A DNA stretch of 64,000 bases from positions 9,734,001 to 9,798,000 of the forward strand of contig CM059432.1 in assembly GCA_030390025.1 (NCBI GenBank), written 5' to 3'. The translations under genes were made by a program, and so were the position numbers. The DNA is from Squalus acanthias. Taxonomy: Eukaryota. The notes under the pieces were generated by a model, which did not search any database, was not told the origin of the DNA, and saw only the letters and a program-made list of their open reading frames with translations. This document shows, piece after piece, positions 26,145 to 36,493 of this stretch; within the stretch, counting starts at the first letter, position 1; each line of letters opens with the position of its first letter.

Positions 26145-26720
26145 TACAACAGCAACAACTTGTATTTATATAGCGCCTTTAACATAGTAAAACGTCTCAA
26201 GGCGCATCACAGGAGCGATTATCAAACAAAAATTTGACACCGAGCCACAGAAGGAGATATTAGGACAGGTGATCAAAAGCTTGGTCAAAGAGGTCGGTTT
26301 TAAGGAGCGTCTTAAAGGAGGAGAGAGAGGTAGAGAGGCAGAGAGATTTAGGGAGGGAATTCCAGAGCTTTGGGCCCAGGCAGTTGAAAGCACGGCCGCC
26401 AATGGTGGAGCGATGAAAATCGGGGATGCGCTAGAGGCCAGAATTGGAGGAGCGCAGAGATCTCGGAGGGTTGTGGGGCTGGAGGAGGTGACAGAGATAG
26501 GGAGGGGCGAGGCCATGGAGGGATTGGAAAACAAGGATGAGAATTTTTAAATCGAGGCACTGTCGACCGGGAGCCAATGTAGGTCAGCGAGCACAGGAGT
26601 GATGGGAGAGCAGAACTCGGTGTGAGTTAGGACACGGACAGCCGAGTTTTGGATGAGCCCAAAGTTTGCGGCGGGTGCAAGGTGGGAGGTCACCCAGGAG
26701 GGCATTGGAAAAGTCAAGGC
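26145..26720 (-). mobile_element. L2-like LINE 3' fragment
   Basis: (CAA) tail with tttatatagcgcc; shared with other L2-like copies. Confidence 0.8.
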
Positions 26721-26829
26721 TATTGCATTTCCATGAGATAATCATAACACAAATGTTGCAAACCTTCTCCTTTTCTTCTCCCTTCCAAGCCAGAAATGTT
26801 TGGCAAACAGATTGAATGAATAGGATGTA

Positions 26830-27194
26830 CAGGAAACTCTTTATTAACCGGCACCCAAATATCCGGAAATCTCTCTTAACCGGCAAAATTCTTGAGTAGG
26901 TAACCGGGGTTTTCCTTCATCTCTCTACACTGGATCGTAGCATTATATGGGCCAAGTCTTTGCTGAATGCTCGCTGTAAGATCGCTGTAAGATCTGTCAC
27001 AAGAAGGGAGATGCAGAAATTCTTTAATGTGACCAGGGTTCCTGCACCTGTGGCCGTGCACCAGGGACTCCTGGATCTGTGGCCATGTATGGGGCTCCCC
27101 GTACCTTGGTAAATATAACTCTCCATTATCCGGACTTTTTGATAAACCGGCACCACGCCGGTCCCGTCGGTGCCGGTTAATAAAGAGTTTCCTG
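26830..27194. mobile_element. 365-bp Tc1/mariner (pogo/Tigger-like) MITE
   Basis: Perfect 26-bp TIR caggaaactctttattaaccggcacc, TA TSD, subterminal aaccggca and tatccgga repeats. Confidence 0.9.
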
Positions 27195-27489
27195 TACCTT
27201 TGAAGCAACTCTCCAGACTAAGCAATATATTTTACTCTGGATAAGAAGATGAAAAAGTAGACTTGAGTAAACATGTGAGTAAGACCAGCAGTACGCAAAA
27301 TATGCTGGAAAGTCAGTTTTCCAATGCTATGCCATACATTGCTCCCATCATAAAAAGATTGAAAAACAACTTAAGTAAAAAAATATGACATTAAATCCTT
27401 GGTAAGAACTTGTTAAGGACTGGAAATGCTCTGTTAAAGGACAATAGAGAGAGAAACCCAGGATTAGAATTGTAAAATAAGCCCTGAAC

Positions 27490-27846
27490 TCCCATAGGAA
27501 CATAGGAGCAAGAGGAGGCCATTCAGTCCCTGGAGCCTGTTCCACCATTCAATTAGATCATGGCTGATCTGTATCTTAAACTGCCTTGGTTCCATAACCC
27601 TTGCCTAACAAAAACCTATCAATCCTAGTTTTGAAATTTTCAATTGACCCCTCCAGCCTCAACAGCCTTTTGGGGGAGAGAGTTCCTGATTTCCACCACC
27701 CTTTGTGTGAAGAAGTGCTTCCTGACATCACCCCTGAACGACCTAGCTCTAATGTTACGGTTATGCCTCCTTGTTCTGGACTCCCCCACCAGACGAAATA
27801 GTTGCTCCCTATCTACCCTATCAACTCCTTCAATCGTCTTAAACAC
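27490..27846 (-). mobile_element. CR1 3' fragment
   Basis: ORF 27640-27846 ..KHFFTQRVVEIRNSLPQKAVEAG; cataggaa tail. Confidence 0.8.
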
Positions 27847-28261
27847 TCGGTGCTACCAAAGAGGAAGAAGGGCAAGATTTGTAATTCTGCACGTTGCAAC
27901 GATGGGCAGAATTAGCACAGCAGGGTTTTCACCCACAGGGTGTGGGAGCAGTGAGCGACGCAGGTTATTACATAGTGCAGCGGCAGATGGATGATAAAGG
28001 AGTAACCAGGTAACTATAGACCAGCCAACCCAAAGTTATTTATGGCTGAGCTTCGACAGGATAAAATTAATACTCACTTATAAAAACATGGGTTAATTAA
28101 GGTCAGCCGCACGGATTTCTAAAATGCAAGTCATGCCTTGACAAATGTGATCGAGTTCTTTGAGGAAAGAAGGTGCTGTATCGATACAGGAAGAGCAATG
28201 GATGCTGTGGATCTGCATTTTCAAAAGGCGCTGGATGTGTGGGTCTCTATGAGGTCTTGAA

Positions 28262-29507
28262 ATCATAGAAAACATAGAAAACATAGAAAATAGGTGCAGG
28301 AGTAGACCATTCGGTCCTTCGAGCCTGCAACGCCATTTAATGCGTTCATGGCTGAACATGCTACCTCAGTACCCCATTCCTGTTTTCTCGCCATACCCCT
28401 TGATCCCCCTAGTTGTGAGTATTATATCTAACTCCCTTTTGAATATATTTAGCGAACTGGCCTCAACAACCTTCTGTGGTAGAGAATTCCACAGATTCAC
28501 CACTCTCTGGGTGAAGAAGTTCCTCCTCATCTCAGTCTTAAATGGCTTCCCCTTTATCCTTAGACTGTGACCCCTGGTTTTAGTTTTCCCTAACATTGGA
28601 AACATTCTGCCCGCATCTAATTTGTCTAAACCAGTCAGGATTTTAAACGTCTCTATAAGATCCCCCCTCATTCTTCTGAACTCCAGAGGATACAAGTTCA
28701 GTTGATCCAGTCTTTCTTGATATGTCAGTCTGGCCATCCCAGGAATCAATCTAGTGAACCTTCGTTGCACTCCCTCAATAGCAAGAATGTCCTTCCTCAA
28801 GTTAGGAGACCAAAACTGCACACAATACTCCAGGTGTGGCCTCACCAAGGCCCTGTACAGCTGTAGCATCACCTCCCTACTCCTGTACTCAAATCCCCTT
28901 GCTATGAAGGCCATCATGCCATTTGCTTTCTTGACTGCCTGCTGCACTTGCCTTCCCACCTTCAGTGACTGATGTACCATGACGCCCAGGTCTCGTTGCA
29001 CCTCCCCTTTCCCTAATCTGCCACCATTCAGGTAATAGTCTGCCTCCCTATTTTTACCACCAAAGTGGATAACCTCACATTTATCCACATTGTACTTCAT
29101 CTGCCATACATTTGCCCATTCACCCAACCTGTCCAAGTCACTCTGTAGCCTCCTAGCATCCTCCCAATTTAGTGTCATCCGCAAATTTGGAGATATTACA
29201 ATTAATCCCTTCATCCAAATCATTAATATATAATGTAAACAGCTGGGGCCCCAGCACCGAACCCTGCGGTACCCCGCTGGTCACTGCCTGCCATTCTGAA
29301 AAGTACCCATTTACTCCTACTCTTTGTTTCCTGTGTGCCAACCAGTTCTCAATCCACGTCAACACATTACCCCCAATCCCATGTGCTTTAACTTTGCACA
29401 CCAATCTCTTGTGTGGGACCTTGTCGAAGGCCTTCTGAAAGTCCAAATACACCACATCTACCGGTTCCCCCCCGTCCACCCTATTGGAAACATCCTCAAA
29501 AAATTCC
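28262..29507 (-). mobile_element. Young 5'-truncated CR1, sister of 32505-36380
   Basis: Near-identical reverse complement of ~35120-36380; 20-nt deletion near 29163. Confidence 0.93.
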
Positions 29508-30430
29508 TCCTTACAACCAGTTTCTAAGAGAGTCAGAGGTGGCCATGAGCGCATCTTGGTTTTGTGACCCCCGCCCCAAGGCGACATTGTGAGCCTTCAT
29601 GATCAATGGACCTCAGGACATGTCCATGCTCGGTATTACTGCTGCATCACTGCAGTTGCTATTGCTGTTGGTCCCTGCTTAATGACAGGATGCAGTGCAG
29701 AAAACTGCTCCTCTATTCCTTGCTCCATCACTGGGTATAAAGCTCACTGAGTGCTCAATATGATCCGTGTGTTCTAGCGTTCTCTATATAAGGGATATAG
29801 ACAAGTTAAGTGAGTGGGCAAGAATCATAGAATGGTTACAGCACAGAAGGAGGCCATTCGGCCCGTCGAGCCCGTGCCAGCTCTCTGCAAGAGCATTTCA
29901 GCCAGTCCCGCTCCCCTGCCCTTTCCCCGTAGCCCCGCAATTTTTTTTCCTTCAGGTATTTAATCCAATTCACTTTTGAAAGCCACGAATGAATCTGCCT
30001 CCATCAGCCTCTCAGGCAGTGCATTCCAGATCCTAACCACTCGCTGCGTAAAAAGGTTTTTCCTCATGTCGCCTTTGGTTCTTTTGCCAATCACCTTAAA
30101 TCTGTGTCCTCTGGTTCTTGACCCTTCTGCCAATGGGAACAGTTTCTCTCTATCTACTCTGTCTAGACCCCTCATGATTTTTAACAACTCTATCAAATCT
30201 CCTCTCAAACTTCTCTGCTCTAAGGAGAACAACCCCAGCTTCTCCAGTCTATCCATATAACTGAAGTCCCTCATCCCTGGAACCATTCTTGTAAATCTTT
30301 TCTGTACCCTCTCTAAGGCCTTCACATCCTTCCTAAAGTGCGGTGCCCAGAATTGGACACAATACTCCAGTTGAGGCCGAACCAGTGTTTTATAAAGGTT
30401 CATCATAACGTCCTTGCTTTTGTACTCTAT

Positions 30431-31323
30431 GGGGTAAAAATTCACTTGGTTGCGCCACCCGTTAGCGCCTTAAGAGGGCGCTAATGGGGCGCAAAGCCGC
30501 TAACGCCCGGGCGCAGCGATGTTTGCGCCGCTCGAGAACTTAACTTGAGATTGTGCGGCGGTGCTAAAACTTACCGCTGCGACCACCTGCGCGCGCAGAT
30601 TGTGACGTCATTCCATGGTGCAACGCCCTTGGGGCGCCCCGTAGCGGAAATTGAGTGGCGCCCCCTGCCTTACCGCCTGGCGCTTCCAACGACCAGAAGA
30701 CTGGAACGCTATCAATCGCTGTGGGGCTAGGGGGGGCGCTATTTAAAGGGGGCCTCTTCCTGTCTTTTATTGTTGGTGGCATTTTTGAACTACGCATTCT
30801 GAGAGAGAGAGGGAGAGACTTCTGGAGAGATTCAACGTTGTGTGAAGGAGTTTTGGGTACTGAGCAGCACTTTGCAGGTTCATTTTGATTTGCCATTCCT
30901 TGTATCGATTTAGCAGAGACCGTGGGAGCTGCACTCTGAGCTCTTTGCCTGGTGCTCTCCATTGTTCTTTCCAGCACATTTGATGTGCAAGTCTCTCCAG
31001 GCCGAGATTCAAGGCAGCAATGAACAGGATGTGGATGGAAAGCAAGATTAACCATCCCCTTTAAGAACTGGCCCGTGCCATTGTGTGTGTGTTCCATTGC
31101 TGACTGACATTACATGAGCTTCGCCAGCGCTCCGAGTTAGCGCCTCACTGCTCGGCCTTTGCGCCTTAAGAGAGGTGTGCAGCGCCTGCTTTAGCGCTCC
31201 ACTCACCTCCCGGGGCGGTAAAAGTGAAGTTTCCCGTCAGTGCCGATAATTAGCGCCAGGCGCTAATATTTGCGTCCGGACGATATTTGCGCCCCAAATG
31301 GGGCACGACCTAATTTCTACCCC
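30431..31323. mobile_element. 893-bp Harbinger non-autonomous element
   Basis: TIRs ggggtaaaaatt / aatttctacccc, TSD TAT; related to 56129-56951. Confidence 0.88.
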
Positions 31324-31341
31324 TATGCCTCTATTTATGAA

Positions 31342-31702
31342 TTTTCCCAGTAAAAAAGTAAAAATTTTAAAGCTTTTCGTTTTACATACAGACGGCAGCT
31401 TTTGACACGTTAGACCCCCTGCGACTCCACCTCATTGTCTCAGTTGTATCTTGCTATGTCTTTGATGTGGTACCTTCCTGGCTGACCTGATTAACTTTAT
31501 CACACCTCGGCAGATAGTCAGGATGATTTAATTTAGTTGTCTGCAATTGTAAAGTACACATGCTTTGTTCTCTATCTATATATGCTTTGGCGATTCTGTA
31601 TCTATTTACTTCACCTGAGGAAGGGGCAATCGATAGCTCCGAAAGCTTGTGATTTCAAATAAAACTGTTGGACTATAACCTGGTGTTGTGCGACCTCTCA
31701 AT
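31342..31702 (+). mobile_element. Penelope-like terminal (pLTR) insertion
   Basis: 12-bp TSD tctatttatgaa; contains a hammerhead motif and AATAAA. Confidence 0.75.
31611..31652 (+). ncRNA. Minimal type I hammerhead ribozyme
   Basis: Stem I UCAC/GUGA, core CUGAGGA, extra A, stem II GGGGC/GCUCC, GAAA, palindromic AAGCUU stem III, putative CUU cleavage triplet. Confidence 0.75.
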
Positions 31703-31905
31703 TCTATTTATGAAGCCCAGGATACCGTATGCTTTTTTAGCCGCTTTCTCAACCTGCCCTGCCACCTTCAACGATTTGTGCAGATATACCCCCAGTTCTC
31801 TCTGTTCATGCACCCCCTTTAGGATTATACCCTTTAGTTTATATTGCCTCTCCTCGTTCTTCCTACCAAAATGTATCACTTCGCACTTTTCTGCATTAAA
31901 TTTCA

Positions 31906-32370
31906 GGTGGCAGATGGAGTATAATGTGGGGAAGTGTGAAATTATCCACTTTGTTAGGAAGAATGGAAAAGCAGAATATTTTTTAAAAGATGAGAGACTA
32001 GTAAATGTTGGTATTCAGAGGGATTTGGGGATCCTTGTACACAAATCACAAAATTAACATGCAGGTACAGCAAGCAATTAGGAAGGTAAATGGTATGTTA
32101 GCCTTTGTTGCAAGGAGATTGGAGTATAAGAGTAAAGAAGTCTTGCTGCAATTATATAGGGCTTTGGTGAGACCACACCTGGAGTATTGTGTACAGTTTT
32201 GGTCTCCTTACACAAGGGAGGATATACTTGCCTTAGAGGGAGTGCAACGAAGGTTCACCAGACTGATTCCTGAGGTGAGGGGATTGTCCTATGAGGAGAG
32301 ATTTAGTAGAATGGGCCTGTACTCTCTGAAGTCTAGAAGAATGAGAGGTGATCTCATTGAAACGTATAAC
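31906..32370 (+). mobile_element. CR1 RT fragment
   Basis: WQMEYNVGKCEIIHF; ORF 32005-32403 LYRALVRPHLEYCVQFWSP. Confidence 0.85.
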
Positions 32371-32504
32371 ATCCTACGCCCTGTCTTAACCTCATACAGC
32401 TGAACACAACGTTAAACGGCATGAAGGACCCCCCCACCAGTGCTACATAAAGGAATCATGAATTACTTACAGGTTAGTTGCTGGATTAATTATTCTGGCA
32501 GCTG

Positions 32505-33299
32505 GTGCAGTTCTGGAGCATGCACGATGCCGAGAACTCGGTGAATCGCTCATTTAGTGAGTTGTCCACACCGCAGGTAAAGGCTAGGACAGACAGTGAA
32601 TGGGTGACCAAGAAGCAGGGCAATATCAGGAAGGTAGTGCAGGAGTCCCCTGTGGTCATCTCCCTCCAAAACAGGTATGCCGCTTTGGATACTGTTGGGG
32701 GAGATGGCCTACCAGGGGAAGGCACTAGCAGCCAGGTTCATGGCACCATGGCTGGCTCTGCTGCACAGCAGGGCGGGAAAAAGAGTGGTAGGGCTATAGT
32801 GATAGGGGACTCAATTGTAAGGGGAATAGACAGGAGTTTCTGTGGCCGCAACCGAGATTCCAGGATGGTATGTTGCCTCCCTGGTGCAAGGGTCAAGGAT
32901 GTCTCGGAGCGGCTGCAGAACATTCTGAAGAGGGAGGGTGAACAGCCAGCTGTCGTGGTGCATGTAGGTACCAACGATATAGGTAAAAAGCGGGAAGAGG
33001 TCCTACAAGCAGAATTTAGGGAGCTAGGAGCTAAATTAAAAAGTAGGACCTCTAAGGTAGTAATCTCTGGATTGCTACCAGGGCCACGTGCTAATCAGAA
33101 TAGAGAGAACAGGATAGTGAGATTGAATACGTGGCTTGAGCAGTGGTGCAGGAGGGAGGGATTCAAATTCCTGAGGCATTGGAACCAGTTCTGGGGGAAG
33201 TGGGACCTGTACAAAAGGGACGGTCTGCACTTGGGCAGGACTGGAACCGATGTCCTCGGGGTAATATTTGCTAAAGCAGTTCGGGAGGATTTAAACTAA
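32505..33299 (+). CDS. CR1 ORF1 (N-truncated), SGNH/GDSL esterase domain
   Basis: IVIGDSIVRG, LPGARV, HVGTND and RDGLHL motifs intact; N-terminal zinc finger missing; first in-frame ATG at 32520. Confidence 0.85.
   Translation: MQFWSMHDAENSVNRSFSELSTPQVKARTDSEWVTKKQGNIRKVVQESPVVISLQNRYAALDTVGGDGLPGEGTSSQVHGTMAGSAAQQGGKKSGRAIVIGDSIVRGIDRSFCGRNRDSRMVCCLPGARVKDVSERLQNILKREGEQPAVVVHVGTNDIGKKREEVLQAEFRELGAKLKSRTSKVVISGLLPGPRANQNRENRIVRLNTWLEQWCRREGFKFLRHWNQFWGKWDLYKRDGLHLGRTGTDVLGVIFAKAVREDLN
33290..33299 (+). promoter_or_regulatory. Candidate -1 programmed ribosomal frameshift site T_TTA_AAC before the ORF1 stop
   Basis: ORF1 codons GAT TTA AAC TAA; the -1 frame TTT AAA CTA ATA TGG.. is open into ORF2. 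Confidence 0.55.
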
Positions 33300-33346
33300 T
33301 ATGGCAGGGGAATGGGAACCTATGTAGCGAAACAGGGGGAAGTAAT

Positions 33347-36283
33347 ATGCAGTCAGAAACAAATGTTAGAAGGGTGAGAAACAATAGGGGAAGGCCGAGT
33401 AAACAAAGGCAAGAAACACAAAGGGCCATACGAAATCATAAGTCTAAAAGAACAAAGGATGTTAATGAAACAAGCCTAAAGGCTCTGTGTCTTAATGCAA
33501 GGAGTATCCGTAATAAGGTGGATGAATTGACTGTGCAAATAGATGTTAACGGATACGATGTGATTGGGATTACAGAGACGTGGCTCCAGAACAATCAAGG
33601 CTGGGAACTGAACATCCAGGGGTATTCAACATTCAGAAAGGATAGAATAAAAGGAAAAGGGGGTGGGGTAGCATTGCTGGTTAAAGAGGAGATTAATGCA
33701 ATAGCTAGGAAGGACATCAGCTTGGAGGATGTGGAATCAATATGGGTTGAGCTGCAGAACACCAAAGGGCAGAAAACGTTAGTGGGAGTTGTGTACAGAC
33801 CTCCAAACAGCAGTAGTGAGGTGGGGGAGGGTATGAAACAGGAAATCAGAGGTGCGTGCAAAAAAGGCACGGCAGTTATCATGGGTGACTTTAATATGCA
33901 TATAGATTGGGCTACTCAAACTGGAAGCAATACGGTGGAGGAGGATTTCCTGGAGTGTTTAAGGGATGGTTTCCTAAATCAATATGTTGAGGAACCAACT
34001 CGAGGGGAGGCCATCCTGGACTGGGTGTTGTGTAATGAGGAGGGACTAATCAGCAATCTTGTGGTACGAGGCCCCCTGGGGAAGAGTGACCATAGTATGG
34101 TGGAGTTCTACATTAGGATGGAGAAGGAAACAGTTAAGTCAGAGACCATGGTCCAGAACTTAAATAAGGGCAACTTTGAGGGTATGAGGCGTGAATTGGC
34201 GAGGTTAAATTGGCAAGCGATATTTAAGGGGCTATCAGTGGAAGGGCAATGGCAGACATTTAGAGATTGCATGGATGAACTACAACAATTGTACATCCCG
34301 GTCTGGCGTAAAAATAAAAAAGGGAAGGTGGCTCAACCATGGCTAACAAGGGAAATCAGGGATAGTATTAAAACCAAGGAAGTTGCATACAAATTGGCCA
34401 AAAGTAGCAGCAAACCCGGGGACTGGGAGAACTTCAAAACTCAGCAGAGGAGGACGAAGGGTTTGATTAGGGCAGGGAAAATAAAATATGAAAGGAAGCT
34501 TGCAGAGAACATTAAAATGGACTGCAAAAGCTTCTATAAATATATAAAAAGAAAGAGGTTAGTAAAAACAAACGTAGGTCCCCTGCAGTCGGAAACAGGG
34601 CAAGTCGTAATGGGGAACAAGGAAATGGCAGATCAATTGAACAAGTACTTTGGTTCGGTGTTTACTGTGGAGGACACACACAACCTGCCGGAAATAAAAG
34701 GGGTCAGAGGATCTGGTAAGAGGGAGGAGCTGAGGGAAATCCTTATTAGTCGGGAAAAGGTATTGGGGAAATTGATGGGACTGAAGGCTGAAAAATCCCC
34801 GGGGCCTGATGGTCTGCATCCCAGAGTACTTAAGGAGGTGGCCTTGGAAATAGTGGATGCATTGACGATCATTTTCCAACATTCCTTAGACTCTGGATCA
34901 GTTCCGATGGAGTGGAGGGTGGCCAATGTAACCCCTCTTTTTAAAAAAGGAGGGAGGGAGAAAGCAGGGAATTATAGACTGGTCAGCCTGACATCGGTCG
35001 TGGGTAAAATGATGGAAGCAATTATTAAAGATGTCATAACAGACCATTTGGAAAGTGGCGACATGATAGGTCCAAGTCAGCATGGATTTGTGAAAGGGAA
35101 ATCATGCTTGACAAATCTTCTGGAATTTTTTGAGGATGTTTCCAATAGGGTGGACAGGGGGGAACCAGTAGATGTGGTGTATTTGGACTTTCAGAAGGCC
35201 TTCGACAAGGTCCCACACAAGAGATTGGTGAGCAAAGTTAAAGCACATGGGATTGGGGGTAATGTGTTGACGTGGATTGAGAACTGGTTGGCACACAGGA
35301 AACAAAGAGTAGGAGTAAATGGGTACTTTTCAGAATGGCAGGCAGTGACCAGCGGGGTACCGCAGGGTTCGGTGCTGGGACCCCAGCTGTTTACATTATA
35401 TATTAATGATTTGGACGAAGGGATTAAATGTAATATCTCCAAATTTGCGGATGACACTAAATTGGGAGGCAGTGTGAACAATGAGGAGGATGCTAGGAGG
35501 CTACAGAGTGACTTGGACAGGTTGGGTGAATGGGCAAATGTATGGCAGATGAAGTACAATGTGGATAAATGTGAGGTTATCCACTTTGGTGGTAAAAATA
35601 GAGAGGCGGACTATTACCTGAATGGTGGCAGATTAGGGAAAGGGGAGGTGCAACGAGACCTGGGCGTCATGGTACATCAGTCACTGAAGGTGGGAATGCA
35701 AGTGCAGCAGGCAGTCAAGAAAGCAAATGGCATGATGGCCTTCATAGCAAGGGGATTTGAGTACAGGAGTAGGGAGGTGATGCTACAGTTGTACAGGGCC
35801 TTGGTGAGGCCACACCTGGAGTATTGTGCGCAGTTTTGGTCTCCTAACTTAAGGAAGGACATTCTTGCTATTGAGGGAGTGCAGCGAAGGTTCACTAGAT
35901 TGATTCCTGGGATGGCCGGACTGACATATCAAGAAAGATTGGGTCAACTGAACTTGTATCCTCTGGAGTTCAGAAGAATGAGGGGGGATCTTATAGAGAC
36001 ATTTAAAATCCTGACTGGTTTAGACAAATTAGATGCGGGCAGAATGTTCCCAATGTTAGGGAAAACTAGAACCAGGGGTCACAGTCTAAGGATTAAGGGG
36101 AAGCCATTTAGGACTGAGCTGAGGAGGAACTTCTTCACCCAGAGAGTGGTGAATCTATGGAATTCTCTTCCACAGAAGGTTGTTGAGGCCAGTTCGCTAA
36201 ATATATTCAAAAGGGAGTTAGATATAACACTCACAACTAGGGGGATCAAGGGGTATGGCGAGAAAGCAGGAATGGGGTACTGA
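33347..36283 (+). CDS. CR1 ORF2: apurinic-like endonuclease + reverse transcriptase (978 aa, uninterrupted)
   Basis: [69 protein letters not shown] mutated to NYRL. Confidence 0.95.
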   Translation: MQSETNVRRVRNNRGRPSKQRQETQRAIRNHKSKRTKDVNETSLKALCLNARSIRNKVDELTVQIDVNGYDVIGITETWLQNNQGWELNIQGYSTFRKDRIKGKGGGVALLVKEEINAIARKDISLEDVESIWVELQNTKGQKTLVGVVYRPPNSSSEVGEGMKQEIRGACKKGTAVIMGDFNMHIDWATQTGSNTVEEDFLECLRDGFLNQYVEEPTRGEAILDWVLCNEEGLISNLVVRGPLGKSDHSMVEFYIRMEKETVKSETMVQNLNKGNFEGMRRELARLNWQAIFKGLSVEGQWQTFRDCMDELQQLYIPVWRKNKKGKVAQPWLTREIRDSIKTKEVAYKLAKSSSKPGDWENFKTQQRRTKGLIRAGKIKYERKLAENIKMDCKSFYKYIKRKRLVKTNVGPLQSETGQVVMGNKEMADQLNKYFGSVFTVEDTHNLPEIKGVRGSGKREELREILISREKVLGKLMGLKAEKSPGPDGLHPRVLKEVALEIVDALTIIFQHSLDSGSVPMEWRVANVTPLFKKGGREKAGNYRLVSLTSVVGKMMEAIIKDVITDHLESGDMIGPSQHGFVKGKSCLTNLLEFFEDVSNRVDRGEPVDVVYLDFQKAFDKVPHKRLVSKVKAHGIGGNVLTWIENWLAHRKQRVGVNGYFSEWQAVTSGVPQGSVLGPQLFTLYINDLDEGIKCNISKFADDTKLGGSVNNEEDARRLQSDLDRLGEWANVWQMKYNVDKCEVIHFGGKNREADYYLNGGRLGKGEVQRDLGVMVHQSLKVGMQVQQAVKKANGMMAFIARGFEYRSREVMLQLYRALVRPHLEYCAQFWSPNLRKDILAIEGVQRRFTRLIPGMAGLTYQERLGQLNLYPLEFRRMRGDLIETFKILTGLDKLDAGRMFPMLGKTRTRGHSLRIKGKPFRTELRRNFFTQRVVNLWNSLPQKVVEASSLNIFKRELDITLTTRGIKGYGEKAGMGY

Positions 36284-36493
36284 GGTAGCATGTTCAGCCA
36301 TGAACGCATTGAATGGCGGTGCAGGCTCGAAGGACCGAATGGTCTACTCCTGTACCTATTTTCTATGTTTCTATGTTTCTACGCATTTTTGGCGCTTTCC
36401 TACACTTGTCTAAAGTTTGAATAGTCTACAGGGAGTGGTCTGGCTGGTGCTGAAGTAATGTTTTGGTGGTTTAAGAGCTTGTGCTGAAACAAG

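Larger units (their letters stand above)
29821..31905 (-). mobile_element. CR1 fragment hosting a Harbinger MITE and a Penelope-like insertion
   Basis: ORFs 29960-30445 and 31673-31879 rejoin across the inserts (GFINRG|IEYKSK). Confidence 0.88.
32505..36380 (+). mobile_element. Young CR1 LINE, 5'-truncated inside ORF1, intact ORF2 and 3' UTR
   Basis: ORF1 + ORF2 + 3' hairpin + (ttctatgt)n tail. Confidence 0.95.

Noticed and set aside
33595..36309. Many short antisense ORFs over CR1 copies
   Set aside because: Shadow frames of ORF2 that recur in every copy.
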